From assembly GCA_015680685.1 (NCBI GenBank), contig MNCI01000752.1, positions 1 through 62,567 of the forward strand: a stretch of DNA of 62,567 nt, read 5' to 3'. Both the position numbers and the translations under genes were made by a program. The notes beneath the pieces were generated by a model that worked only from the letters and a program-made list of their open reading frames with translations, did not search any database and was not told the origin of the DNA. Origin of the DNA: Gnetum montanum. Its lineage: Eukaryota > Plantae > Gnetophyta. Of this stretch, positions 12,609 to 26,859 are shown piece after piece; within the stretch, counting starts at the first letter, position 1, and each line of letters begins with the position of its first letter.

Positions 12609-15600
12609 ACAATGTTCATGCAAGACAATTTGATTTCAAGCCTATTGATAAGGTTTTCTATTTCAATCCATCATACTCGTCCCATTTGGGGAAGTTTTAA
12701 TTTCAACGGGAAGGATCCTACATTATCCACATTAGTCACTAGTCTAATGCATTACATATTTACCATATAGATGAGCGAGATAAAATTTTCTTAATCAATG
12801 GACAACACCTAAAACATTATAGGGACTATATTTCCTCTCTAAGAGTATATAATGATGAATCTTGTATTTTACACTTAGAGGTCTATTAGGTGATAGAAAT
12901 GAATTGCTCGTCAAGGATAAATCCTTCATGCCATGTTAAATTAACTTTATTTTCCACTATTTTGGTTAGGTGTTTGAATAAATTTGGTGTATTTAGTTAG
13001 AATTTTTGTAATTTTAAGCCTTGATCAATGGAATGTTCATATAACGAATTCATCCACCTACTATCCCTCTATCCATTATCAACAAACTAGGCTCAAATTT
13101 AGTAGGAAGCTAGAACTCACACTACAAGTTGTTAAAGCTAATGTAACTAAAGTGGCAAGTAGGTGGTGGGTCCACACCTTAGGGTGTGAGCTCCATAATC
13201 TTAGAAGAGTGCTTAGTCACTAGTAATAAAAGGATGTTTCATTGAAGGTCCTTATGATCATTGGATGGGTTTGATTAGTGTGATTAAACCAAGGTGCATG
13301 TACTTGTCATGCCTAACCACCATGATCAGATTTGTTTGTGATTCTCATGGACCCATGCATGTCATGTGGTGAGGAATGAATTCTCATGCTTGTGTAGGTC
13401 AAAGATTCCAAATGGTGATCTAGAACTCAAATCAATTCCATAGTTCTTACACACTATTTAGAAATCCCTCTAATCATGAAAGAAAGAAAAAATAATGAAT
13501 GAAAATAAAAGAAAAAGAGAAAAAGCAAGGATGAAAATAATAATAATGATTGGAAGAGGAGGTAACTGAAAGAGAACTATGACACAAAGCTTATCAGTCA
13601 ATGTAAATTAGTACTCTTACCATGCAAAACTAATCTTATAATCACTTAACTAAGATCAAAATAGGATGTTAAACTAATATCCATGCAAATCCCATCTCAT
13701 GTTCAACTTGTTGCCTTGATCACTTGATTACCAAATGTAATAGTTAAATATGATCTTTAGTTTCATTTCTAATAATGGCCATGAAGTCCTANTATGATCT
13801 TTAGTTTCATTTCTAATAATGGCCATGAAGTCCTAGAATTCTCTTTTACTAAACTTTGGTAATGTCAAATGATGCTTTCACCAAATTCCTCAACTCATTT
13901 GTTCCTAAGGATCAAAATCCTTGATCTAAACCACAATCAATTTCTACTAATTTCTTATTCATGACATTATAATTACAATGGGGATTAGGGATTAGTTAAC
14001 ATGGCTAGAGGAATTAATGAAAGGTTTTCAATAAAGAAAAATTTAAGGAACATGTTATACATATGTGCATAGATGGAGAAAAACCAAACCAAAATCTTGT
14101 GTTCTAGATGATCTATGTCACATTTTCTTGATTTGGTTACACCAATGGTTAGATTATGAAATAACCAAGGTTACATGGCATTAGTAGTGGTAGGTATGAC
14201 CTTGAACTTGAAAGGGGAAATTAGAGATCTATCCTCACCATGGAAATGAGTAATAATAAAGGGATGTGACAATGGATCTCTTGTAGGATTTAGGACATGC
14301 TTACATGTCCCCATGGGCTAATTGAATGATTAGATGAGGATCTAATGATGTTGCACTCTCATATTTTCTCTATTGACCATCATTAATTCTCCATCTCTTT
14401 CTTTTCACTCTTTTCCATTATAGTATATGGAAAGAAGTCGATTAGGTAAATAGGAGGATGAGATTTGGCCATCCAAGGGGATAGACTCACATTTGATGTT
14501 GATGTTTTACTAGTTGTTAGGAATTCATAAGTGTTCCATCAATGGACTTTACAAGAGCAAGAAAGATATGTACATACTATGAGAAGGAGCCAACTATGAA
14601 TCTTTGGTGGCTTGGCATTGTGAGAAAGTGAGCTTAAGCTTATTTCATAGGATGACTATGGTTGCATGACTTAAGGTACTTGATTACTCTTCTATTCCTA
14701 TGGTTGTAACTTAATGATCCTAATGCTTTAATCAAGACCATTTCTTTTCCATCCCTATTTACTACTTACATATTTTCATTACGAATTAGATGTTTGACCG
14801 AGTCATACTTCATATTTTTGTACACCTCATTTTGATCATTTAATGGTATCATGCATTTTACAGCCTTTTGGTTTATTTATGGTGTAAGGCATGAATGGTT
14901 TATCAACTTCTATCTTTATGCCTTTAATTGTTTCACTTGTTTTTTTCAATATGTATATTTAATTCATGTTGTTCAAGGTTGGTGTCTTATAACTTAGTCA
15001 TAGAGGAGAATCATAGTTAGGTATGTTTTCTTCGATGTTTTCCTATGTCATTTATCATACTTGTGTGTGTGTTACCATTTAACAATGATTTTATTCTTCA
15101 TGTCTTCCTGGAAGATTATACTTACCATTATTGGTGTACATGATTTTTTCAATTATGATTTAATGCTTAAAGAATTCACATGATTTTTAACATTGTAGTA
15201 GTCCAACATGTTTAGGTTGATGCACTTTTCATATTTGAGGCCCATGCATAAATTGATCATGAGATCTTAAACCTCAATTTATAGACTAATAGAAAGATAA
15301 TATCCTTCAACTCCACCTGAAGAACACTACAATCCAAAACCTGAAGGATCTCTCTTAAAATGGTGGATCCAAAGGTAGAAGGATCATGTTCCCAAACTAC
15401 AAGTAGAAAGTATACATAATAATCATCACTCAAGTATGAGCTAAAAGATTTGTTAGATATTTCCATTAAGCCTAAGGTATCTCTAGTTCCATGAGCATGC
15501 TAGGGAATGCTTCTTATCAGTCACCATCCCCTAGCCTCTTTTCTTAAAATGAAAATTTTGTAATGTTTCTTGTATGAAAGTTATTTGTACATTTGTAACC

Positions 15601-16958
15601 CCTCCACATTGGCCTTATTATATGTCTAAGTTTTCTTTTTATGTCTTGCATTCTAAAGCTATGGAACTATTTTTACTTAATTATGATGGAATGATTAGTC
15701 ATCCAATGACATTTTGTAAATCCATTGTAAGCCTTGAAATAAGGAAGTATTTCAGGCATCTTTTTTTTGTATTTCTAGTATGTTTGTTTGAGGTTTATGT
15801 CTCCCAAATTTGCATCCTTGTATACTATGTCATACGTTGAGGTTATGTGCAGGTTATGAGTTCCTTGGTTGTTTTTAGCTTTGTTTAGGTACCATATGTG
15901 TCTTTTTAATCTGTCCCCTTGGGTTTTGGCTTTCATCAAGAGCTGACAACAATAATTGTGGTTTTTTTTTTTGGAGGTGGGGGGAACTACAAGGTGGGAG
16001 GAGGAGGAGGTGGGGCTAGGGGAGGGGAGGAGGAGGATGTGCTAGCTATACTATGTCATCATACCTTCTATCCTACCAAGCTTGGCTTAGTCTACTTCAT
16101 CCATCATGTAATTGGGATTGACCTAGGTTGTGTTGATGAATCTCTATTGATGCCTAGCTATTTTGAACCTCTACCATTACATTGTAATAATGATAAATAC
16201 CTAGAATGCAATCTAATACACACCTTAGTCATAACATTAATTCCATTGAATCTTTTGATGTCCAACATGTTTGAAGAACTCTTCCTCCCTTGGGTAAGTT
16301 AATTTCTTTCTTGTTTTATATGTGTTTTGAGTCATTACTTTCATAACTACAACTAGACTCTATTAGTCTACTACCTTGTTTATGTAGCCTAGAATCATTC
16401 GATCAATCTAGAATCTAGTGTTTGCACAATGAATAAATTTTATGGTTTTCCATTTTTTTCTACATTGTTGATGCCTTAAATATTAAAATACCAAAAATAT
16501 TTATTTCATTTCCATTTCATTAAGCTGTAATGATTCATCCTTATCTAATGAGGTTAGAACTGTATAACATGACATTGGACTATCGAGGTTGTGACTAAGA
16601 GCCATTTATTACTTTCCATGTATGGTGTTGTACATGTCCAATAAGGAATTATGACATGTATGAATTTCATGAGCATCACACCTATCTTCCTAAGGAATTT
16701 TAATGCATGTATGTTTATTATTGCTTTATTCCAATACTTATAAAATCCATATAAATTAAAATATATAAAATTATAATTATTTTCTTAATTTTCCACCATG
16801 AAAATATGAGTATTAATTGTATTATATATATCACATCATCTTTGATATTTTTTGAATGCAACAACATACATGAGTATTCTTGGAAATCCACTCAACATTA
16901 TCTTTGAACCTTATGGATGAATTGCATTGCATTCCATACAATATAGTTTCATTGGTCC
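12609..16958 (+). mobile_element. Athila family 2, 3' part: integrase C-terminus, 3' region and 3' LTR
   Basis: 12620-12830 reads FDFKPIDKVFYFN...GKF*FQREGSYII...FLINGQHLKHY (GPY/F-type integrase tail). 14340-15690 is homologous to 24000-25590. The LTR at 15692-~16958 is homologous to 19944-21130. Confidence 0.75.
15692..16958 (+). repeat. Athila family 2 LTR, slightly 3'-truncated
   Basis: Colinear with 19944-21110 and 25593-26651 (e.g. CCCTTGGGTAAG, TGATGCCTTAAA, CACTCAACAT). Confidence 0.8.
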
Positions 16959-17062
16959 ATGCTAAGATTAAAAGGCTAAACATGTTTTATTTTAATTTGT
17001 TATGCTTGATTTTGTATGATATGCCTATGCTAAACTTGATGGATTGTTTTCATTGTGTTGTA

Positions 17063-17632
17063 GGAGCTACACCAACATCCATTATTGTGGTGATTACTTT
17101 AGAACATGCTGAGGAAGATACTTATCCTCAAGTTTGGTGAGGTGGATTTAGTGCAACATTGGTTCGCTAGCCAAGCACCTAGGGGCATCTAGGTGAGAAT
17201 TGCCAATGTATGTTTGGTTGATTTATTTATGGCTCCTAGCCCAACCATACCTGCCCTTGATATGGTGAATGTCATGAACTCCTTTTATGAAGGAGTTTAT
17301 AAATTCATAACTCATGTTCATGATGATTTTTTCACTTTAGCTATTAATGAATCTACCTTCAGTGACCTATTTGGTATCCCTTCTAAGGGCATGAAGGTAT
17401 TCCACAAAATAGGGAAAGAGGTGGATCATAGGGAGAAGGTGGAAGAATGGCTAAACACTTGTCGTGGTCATGTTAGGTTGCCTCTAGACTAGTGTTGGGC
17501 TATAGCGGTTAATGAGATGTACCCACTGTTATGATCCTAGGAGTTCCCCACATTTTTTTTCATAGAAGAAGGAGAAGCATGGACCATGAAGAAGGTCCTC
17601 ACTGAGGATGCTTAATCCAACTGGATTACTCA
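17063..17632 (+). repeat. 570-bp segment, inverted copy of 2306-2875 (PMD-like exon preceded by acceptor TTGTAG)
   Basis: Direct reverse-complement match to 2306-2875. Confidence 0.95.
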
Positions 17633-19469
17633 NTAAAATGACCTAAAATTTATCTCTTAACTTAATGTTATACAATTGAAGGAGGAGGAATCAGTTTCCA
17701 TGCTTATTAAAAAGGTTTAAACCTTAGAGGTAGGTTTTCATACATAGAATTCTAAAAATTATGAAAAAACTATTAAGTTTTATTTACTAAAAAAATTGCT
17801 ATGATCTTTTGATATTTTCTATAAAACTATCAAAAATGGTATAAAGTCATAGATAGTTGTGATGCTTTATGCAAAGGTACTCAAGAAAACAACTAAAATG
17901 AAGGCTTACACTAAAGATAGGATTGATTCCTCATCCCAAGATCTTATTTTAAAGGAAACCATTAACCAAAGGAAGAGGCAACCATAATAGTATTATCAAA
18001 TATGCAAACATAAAGGAAATCATTATATAGACCATTTTTCTAACAATAAAAAAAAATCCTACGGCAANTATTATATAGACCATTTTTCTAACAATAAAAA
18101 AAAATCCTACGGCAACGATCATAACAAAGTAGGAGGTAAAGAAGTTTGTTAAAACCTATACTAAAAGAATGTAGAGAGTAAAGAAGTATAGTGTAAATGA
18201 ATCTTTAAATAAAAGAAGAAAATATTCTTAAATTCAAAAGTCTAGTGTTACGAACATTATTAAAGATGATGATTCTAAATCAAGTTCCCCTATAATCATT
18301 TTTAATGCAACTATGACAAATAATAACATTGACAATGATTCAAATTTATATCAATTCTAGTGCATCTCATCATTTTATTGATAATAAATCATGATTCTTA
18401 AGTCCAAGAAAAGAAACAAAATTACACTTTATTAAAATTAGAGATGAACAATTAATATGTGTTGTTAGTGTTGGAGATGTCAAAATTAATAATCTTTTAC
18501 TAAAATATGTTTCTTATTCCCTCGTGTCTGCAATGACATTCATATATGTATTTAAGTTGGTATAAGATGGATTAATCATTGAGTTTCCTACAAATCACCA
18601 CAATCAACTATATTGCTCCATATAAAATCCACAGTAACCATACTCTTATATTATTCACTATGGTAACCAAACTCTTATATTTTACATACCAATTAGAGGA
18701 ATTTCAAGTTGATGGATAATCATGTTAAAAGGTATTTCTCACCTTGAGTCAAGATGAAACAATGCATTGGCATTTAAGAGTTGGACATATCAATATAAGG
18801 TTATTAAATAAGATGCATAATACATAAGGACTAAAGATTTTGTAAATAGAAAGAACTTATTATACAATTCATATTATCAATCATTATTCCAACTATAGCT
18901 TTAAAACATATACTACCTATTATAAATTGATTTAATAATAAGTTTGGATTAATATCTCATCTTCAACCATTTGATAAAATTTGTTATGCATATAGTCCTT
19001 TAGCAAACTATGGAAAGTTGAACTCCAAGGCCATAGTTAATTTGTTGCCTAGATTTTCTACAAGTTAAAAAGCATATCAAGTGTAAGATATTAAGGGTAA
19101 AAATATTTTGATTTCAAGGGATTTAGTATTTGAATATATTTTCTCAAAATCATCTACACCCACAACGATTATAGAAGAAAAGGTAACAATTTCTGCTTAA
19201 GTGGTTCCTAGAACCTTGTAATCACAATTACCCTTACAAAAAGGTGTTGATCATGAAGCTCACATGATTTAAAATTCTTAATCCACTTACTATTTTGAAA
19301 CCACTGGTTGATAATAATTATGGTTTCAAAATTATTTGAAGGATTTCAAACTATCCAAGTTGAAACACATGAATACCATTAAAATGTTTAATGAATGAAA
19401 AATATTTTTTTTTAAATTGACTAATATAGAGGAGATATTTGAAGATAGTGATCTTGTGATTGTACAATA

Positions 19470-19943
19470 AGTACTTAAGAATAAAGACTAGATAAATGCA
19501 ATAAATGAAAAATTTAGCATATTGAAAAAGCTCTAGACATGGAAACTTGTTGCACCTATGAAAGGTCATGGAATTTTATCATGTAGGTGGATGTTTAAAA
19601 TTAAAAGAAAGGAAAACAATAATATTAATAAGTCTAAATCATGGTTAGTGATAAAATCCTATAATTAATTTAAGAACATTGATTATAATGATAATTTTTT
19701 TCTAACCACAAAGAACCATAAGGATGATTTTGTCATTAGCAAATACTTAAAGTTAGAAGCTATATCAATTAGATATCAAATTTGTGTTTATTAATGAAGA
19801 TATGTACTAAGAGATATTTACGTACCAACCCAAAGACTCTATGGAAAGATCCTATTCAAATTATATATGTAAAATAAAGAAATCTTTGTATGAATTGAAG
19901 CAAGCTCTCCATGAATTGTAGATAAAGTTTGACTATTACTTAT
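19470..19943 (+). pseudogene. pol: Copia reverse transcriptase (RVT_2), N-terminal part, degenerate
   Basis: Motifs TWKLV, CRWMFKIK, QLDIK and KKSLYELKQA, with stops and frameshifts. Confidence 0.85.
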
Positions 19944-21130
19944 TGATGAGGCATACAATGGCATTTTCTAAGTAAATTATAAGTCCTAGACTTGGAAAGT
20001 GTTTCATGCATGTTATGTTTGTAGTCTTAGTGTGTTTAGTTAATGTTTGTGTCTCTTAAGCTTGGATCCTTGCCTTTTGTATCATGCTTTTGGTTTGTAA
20101 GAATGTGTCAAGCTCCTCACGATGTTTTTGACCTTGTTCAAGGTCTTTCTAACATGTTTTTTTAGATTCTATATTTCATCTAAGATTGGTCCTTAGTGTT
20201 CTACTAGGGGGATGCACTAACTTTCTTATGTTAGCACATCCCCTACTTGACCAAGTTTGGACCCAAGCGTTGAAAGTGTAATTTAATTATCTAGGGTTAC
20301 ATTGATGGACCTCCGTTAATGCTTGGGCACCGATGAATCTCTCTCATTATATTACAAAAACTATAAATACTTGGGATGAGCTCTGTTGCATATTATTGAT
20401 AACTTAGATGTTTCATTTTGGCTTTTGGTGTTTGATTTTTATTAAGAGCCCTTTCCCCCTTGGGTAAGTTGATTTTCTTCCTATTTTATATATGTTTTGA
20501 ATCATTTCTTTCAAAAATATGGCTAGACTTTGTCAGAGTGCTACCTTACTTTTGTAGCTTGGAACTATTTAGTTAATGTGGAATCTAGTGTTTGTGTAGT
20601 GAATAAAGCTCATGGTTTTCCCTTTATTCTATATCATTGATGCCTTAAAATATTAAAACACCAAAAAATTTTAATTTCAATTTCATTAAGCTATGATAAT
20701 TCATCCTTATCCAAGGAGATCATAACTATATGACATATTTTTGGGCCATCGAGGTTGTAACTAACAACCATTTCTTGCTTTTTGTGTGTGGTGTTGCAAC
20801 TATCCTATAAGTGATTATGATACGTATGCATAATTGTAAGCATTGCACCTATTCCACGAGAGACTATGATGCATGTGAATTATTTATCATCTCATTCTTT
20901 TATTCATAAAATTCATAAAAATTATAAATATTATCTCATTTTCTTACCATGGAAACATGGGTATTTATTGTATTATATGTATCATATTATCTTTTATATT
21001 TCTTAAACACAATGACATACACAAGGATTATCAAAAATTCACTCAACATCATCTTTGAAGTTTACAACTAAATTGCATCATGTTACATATGATATAATCT
21101 CATTAGTTACTACCATCAAGACCCCTATCA
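19944..21130 (+). repeat. Athila family 2 5' LTR
   Basis: TGAT...ATCA termini, followed by a PBS; homologous to the copies at 15692 and 25593. Confidence 0.85.
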
Positions 21131-23175
21131 TTGGTGCTATTGCTAAGAAAGGCATTTACGAATTACCTTGAAATACTTATATATTCATAATTTTTNGAAT
21201 CTAGAGTAGTTACACCTACTGCCTTCAAGGAGGCTTTTTCCAATTAAGGATTCATAAAGGATTTGGCAAATTATGAAACCTTGTTAACATAACAATCAAA
21301 GTATATTGCTCATGAGAAGCAAGAACTTTATAATATGATTATAGAACAAGAGTATAAGTGCATACATGTTGAGAAGTAGGTAGGCCCTTCTTCTAGAAAT
21401 GGTTATTTCTACAACATGAATGATTCTAGGGGAAGGAGATACATGCATGTTTGTTTATGGGACCTAAGCTACACTTGTGGTGATTCAAAATGGTCCATCA
21501 TTCTAGTCTAACCTTTATTTAAATGGAGATGATGATGGCTTAGATTATCCATTATTCCAATGGACCTACCAAGATCAAATTCATGAAGTAATTTACATTC
21601 CACCTAAAAGCATTAAGGAGAGAGAAATCAAAAATATTGATATGATTGATATTCCTACATTTAGTGTGTAGTTGAATGATGATTCCCAACTTCTTATTCA
21701 AACATTTGTCATCACTTGTGAGCTACAAGGGTTGAACAATGAATGATAAAAACTCCATCTCTTTCCTCACACACTCATTGATCATGATAAAATATTGTAT
21801 CATGAACATTCACCTAATTCCATCTCTTCTTGGGCAAGCATGGTAAAAGCTTTTAATGTCAATCTTACACTCAGATGCAAAACATAGAAAGAAGATAGCA
21901 AGATGGAAGAAGGATATCAATGAATCATTAGATGTTGCCATAGAATAGTACAATTGCATGCTTATTTAGTGTAAAAATCATGGGTTTAGCAAACATGACC
22001 AATCAATGAACTTCATAGATGGACTGCAATCACAAACTCATGAAAGGGTGAATATGTATGTCATGGATAATTTTTACCAAAGGTCAATAGCTCAAATTAC
22101 TACTATGTTGGATGTCATGACTAAATTGAAAGGTAAATGGCATAAACATGCTAATGTAGGAAAACAAAACATAAATTCCAAATGTTAGAAGGATGTAAAG
22201 AATGTTGAAGATAAGGTTTAGCCTTGTAATGCTATTCAGGTTCTTATGAAAAAAATTCTCAAAACCAAAAAGACTTTGATAGAATTTTCTAATGTTGTTG
22301 ACAAGGTTTGAAATGTGTTAAATCAAAAGATGACATTAAGTGTCAAGGATTTGAAAAATAAATTTATTGAAGTAGTTGTGAAGGTAGTTACATCATAAGA
22401 CAAAATTGAAAGTAAAACAAATGGTAAGAGGGCTTATCAAGATTGGATTTTTCAACCTTGTGATCCAGTTTTTTAGACACAACTCCAACAAGGGATGGAA
22501 CTTAATCATTGGAGTGCTCCCTATACATTACAACAATCTTCCTTGTATCATCCTTCTTCCTACCATAGAACTTAGTAGGCTATGAACTAAATACCTCATG
22601 TAATGTCCCATTAATATTACCCATCTTCACCATAACTATGTTAGTAGCTACTCCTCCAACAATTTTTATCATGATCCTCTATACCATTACAAGAGGGAAT
22701 TTTAAATCAACCATAGTGAAGATAAGTATAATTCCTTAATGCAAGGTACTATCCTTATTTTGCATCATCATATATTATTATGAAGTGCTACACTAATCAT
22801 GTTCCTTCCATGAAACTTAATTCATCACCTCACATATGAAAGCTTTTTCATAATAGAAATAAGAACACAAATATCAGTGAGGATTCATGCTCATCTCCTT
22901 CTTCACCATCATCTTCAAAGAAATATGACCAAGGAGAGTATGATTCTAAAGAACAAGTTCAACACTTAGAATTCCATGAAACATCTTAATCACCTCCTTA
23001 GCCATTTGGTTAATTAATAAAAATTAAAGGTTATTAGATGTCATCCTTGAACTGAGTTGTGAGGGAAGAGTCCTCCATATAATGGTTTCAAAAGTAGAGT
23101 ATAGTTTATTTTTTATGTGTATTTTTATATGCATATTTTTTAAAACTAATAATATATCATTCTCTAATTTTCTTA

Positions 23176-23958
23176 NNNNNNNNNNNNNNNNNNNNNNNNN
23201 NNNNNNNNNNNNNNNNNNNNNNNNNNNNNNNNNNNNNNNNNNNNNNNNNNNNNNNNNNNNNNNNNNNNNNNNNNNNNNNNNNNNNNNNNNNNNNNNNNNN
23301 NNNNNNNNNNNNNNNNNNNNNNNNNNNNNNNNNNNNNNNNNNNNNNNNNNNNNNNNNNNNNNNNNNNNNNNNNNNNNNNNNNNNNNNNNNNNNNNNNNNN
23401 NNNNNNNNNNNNNNNNNNNNNNNNNNNNNNNNNNNNNNNNNNNNNNNNNNNNNNNNNNNNNNNNNNNNNNNNNNNNNNNNNNNNNNNNNNNNNNNNNNNN
23501 NNNNNNNNNNNNNNNNNNNNNNNNNNNNNNNNNNNNNNNNNNNNNNNNNNNNNNNNNNNNNNNNNNNNNNNNNNNNNNNNNNNNNNNNNNNNNNNNNNNN
23601 NNNNNNNNNNNNNNNNNNNNNNNNNNNNNNNNNNNNNNNNNNNNNNNNNNNNNNNNNNNNNNNNNNNNNNNNNNNNNNNNNNNNNNNNNNNNNNNNNNNN
23701 NNNNNNNNNNNNNNNNNNNNNNNNNNNNNNNNNNNNNNNNNNNNNNNNNNNNNNNNNNNNNNNNNNNNNNNNNNNNNNNNNNNNNNNNNNNNNNNNNNNN
23801 NNNNNNNNNNNNNNNNNNNNNNNNNNNNNNNNNNNNNNNNNNNNNNNNNNNNNNNNNNNNNNNNNNNNNNNNNNNNNNNNNNNNNNNNNNNNNNNNNNNN
23901 NNNNNNNNNNNNNNNNNNNNNNNNNNNNNNNNNNNNNNNNNNNNNNNNNNNNNNNNNN
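23176..23958. other. Assembly gap (783 N)
   Basis: Run of N. Confidence 1.
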
Positions 23959-25592
23959 GACATGCTCATGTACTCTGATGAGCTAATTGAATTGTTAAAT
24001 GAGAATCCATTGATGTTGCACTATCACCTTCTTCCTCTTATCCATCATTCATTCTCCATTTTTTTCATTCCATTCTTATCATTAGTGTGTATGGAAAAAA
24101 TTCAAACAAGAAAAGAAAAGAATGATATTTGACCGTTCAAGGGCATAGACTTATGTTTGATGTTGATGTCTCACTGGTTGAATCATAAGTTTCCTATCAA
24201 TAGGTTTCACAAGATTAACAAAGATAGATGCTACTATGGAAAGGATCTACTTGTAAATCCTTGGTGACTCAACATTGTAAAAATGTGAGCTGAAGCTTAT
24301 CTCCTAAATATGGCAATGGTTGAATAACATAAAGCACTTTATTGGTCTTTCACTTGTATGAATGTCAACTCTACAAACTTCAAGGTTTGATCATGATAAT
24401 TCATTTCCATCTTACCTTCCTAATTTTTATTTATTTAACCCTGAAATATTCTATTTATCTTCCATTTCTCTAACCCCTATTTTCTAGTCCATGGATGATG
24501 GGAATGAGTAGATTTGACATTATGATTCAAATTCCATGAGTTTGGATGTCATTTAAGATAAGATTTTAATGTTTCAATCTTCTTGCTCTTCTTGTAACTT
24601 GTTTGCTTCAATCCTTGGCATTTTATCAAGTTTGAAATTTGCCAAATTTTGGACTCTTGTAATTATCTTATATATTTACTCTTCTTGTTCTTTCCATTCA
24701 TATTCTTCATGTATTTCAAGTTTGATGTCTTGTAACTTAGTCATGGGGGAGCAACACTAATTCCAGTATGTACTTTGTAATTTTGATAATTATGTAAATT
24801 ATTTCCATCTTGTTTTTACTTACCTATGCATGCCTTAATTTCTTAGTTTTGATTATGTTTCTCTCATGATCCCAAGGATTATACTTCTCATTGTTTTTAT
24901 GGTCATTTTTTACAATGGTAGTACAATGCCTTTGGAATCTCACTTGATTTTTAGCATTTTTCATAGCTCATTATGTTTAGGAAATTGTGCTCAAGATTCT
25001 ATAGCCTTACTCAAGAAGAGATAGAGAGATCTCAATCCTTGGCATATGGTTTTACAAGAGAATCACTAGTGGTGCCAAAAGAAGAGGAGAAACAACATAA
25101 ATTACTAAATCCAACACTTGTACCTAATAGACCTCCCTCCAGATAGAGATCTAGAGGTAGAAATTCATGCTATTGATCTTCATGTCGATCACATGCCTAG
25201 CAAGATCACCCAAATGAATGTAGAGAAGCTAGTAGAAAATTATTTAAAGATGAATGGCATGGAAGAAGGCATAGGTTTGAATGACATGCAATAGAGACCC
25301 ATTCACAAGGCTAGGGTAATGGACCCTGAGGCACAATTGTAGAGATTTTATATATCCATACTTTATCCTTCAAGCTTCTTCCCATTCCATGTAGACATGT
25401 GAGAGGGATTTTGTCCTAAGCCATCATCCCTAGCACTTCTCAGTGAGGTGGCTTGTATTGTATTGTAACTTAGTCATGGTTTATATTGTACATTTTTTAT
25501 TTTTCTATGTTGACATTGTCATGTATCTAATCCTTGTTTTTGTATTTTGAGTTTTAAAGCTATGGTACTAGATTTACTCAATTATGGAGGAA

Positions 25593-26651
25593 TGATGATA
25601 CATCCAATGATCTTTTGTAACTCAATTGTTTGCCCTATATTTACAAAGTGTTTCATGCACCTTATATTTGTAGTTTTAGTGTGTTAGTTTGAAGTTTGTA
25701 TCTCTTGGGCTTGCCTCCTTACCTTTGGTATCACACTCTTCATTTTTGATTATGTCTTAAGATCTTTTGAATATTTTTGATCTCTTTTATATGTTTTAAT
25801 ATCTTTTGACATGTTTTGCTAGATTTTGAGTTTCATCTAGGATTTGCCCTTGGTGTCCTAGAAGGGGAGGTATGTTGACTTCCCAATGTTAGCATACCCC
25901 CCTACATTTACTCACCTACATTAGCACAACCATTATTTATCCAAGTTTAGACCAAAGTGCAAAAAGTATGATCCAATTATCTAGGGCTACATTAATGGAT
26001 CTCTATTTATTCTTAGACATTGACGAACCTCCATCATTACATTGCAAAAATTATAAATACTTGATATGAGCTCTTTTACATATCATTGATAACTTAGAAA
26101 TTTCATTTTGGCTTATCATGTCTAGTTTGTGTGAAGGGATCCTCTCTACTTGGGTAAGAGAATTTTCTTCATATTTGATGTATGTTTTAAGTCATCACTT
26201 TCATAAGTGTGACTAGACTTTGTTAAAGTGCTACCTTGCTTATGTAACTTGAAACTATTTGGTTGATGCAAAGTCTACTATTTATGTAGTAAATAAAGCT
26301 TATGATTTTCCCATTATTCTCTACTATTGATGCCTTAAAATGTTAAAATAATAAAAATATTTAATTTTTGTTTCATTTGGCTATGATGATTCACCTCTAC
26401 CAAAAAGGTCACAACTACATGACATGGTGTTGGGCCATTGAAATTGTAACTATGAGTCATTTCTTACTTTCTTTGTATGGTCATTTCTTAATTTCCATGT
26501 ATGGTGTTGCACCTATTCCATAAGGGATTGTGATGCATGTATGTTATTTATTATTTCATTATTATATTCATAAAATTCATAAAAATTATAAAATATAAAA
26601 TTATAAACATTATCTCATTTCCTCATCATGGTAACATGGGGGTTCATTGTA
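25593..26651 (+). repeat. Athila family 2 3' LTR, truncated at an N join
   Basis: Homologous to 19944-20975 and preceded by a purine tract. Confidence 0.85.
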
Positions 26652-26652
26652 N

Positions 26653-26830
26653 TCATCTTCCATAAGAGGATGAAGCACATTGAGACCATAATTCATTATA
26701 GAAGATATGCCTTTGTTGAAGAATTTATGGAGCCAATTTATATCAATATTCTTAAACAATCAATTAACTATTTTACCAAACCATTCAATTCAAAGAATTT
26801 AAAAAAAATTTCAAGAATGATAATTATGCC
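26653..26830 (+). pseudogene. pol: Copia RNase H C-terminus
   Basis: IFHKRMKHIETIIHY...QSINYFTKPF matches the copia FHxRTKHIxxxYHF...QxADIFTKPL motif. Confidence 0.85.
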
Positions 26831-26859
26831 ATTGAATTTATGTATCATTTGATGGGGGG

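Larger units (their letters stand above)
19944..26651 (+). mobile_element. Athila family 2 element with both LTRs and gag; no pol visible
   Basis: 5' LTR TGATGAG (19944)...TATCA (21130). PBS TGGTGCTATTGCTAAGAA at 21132 (decayed tRNA-Asp type). gag IPTFS...LQGLNNE**KLHLFPHTL...PNSISSWASMVKAF at ~21650-21860. PPT ATGGAGGAA, then the 3' LTR at 25593-26651, cut by an N. Confidence 0.8.

Noticed and set aside
13749-13836. Perfect short tandem duplications around single Ns (also at ~18022-18116, 30288-30386 and 35555-35766)
   Set aside because: Each is centred on or bounded by an N join, so they are most likely unmerged contig overlaps.
23082-23978. 298-aa and 270-aa ORFs
   Set aside because: They are artefacts of translating through the N gap.
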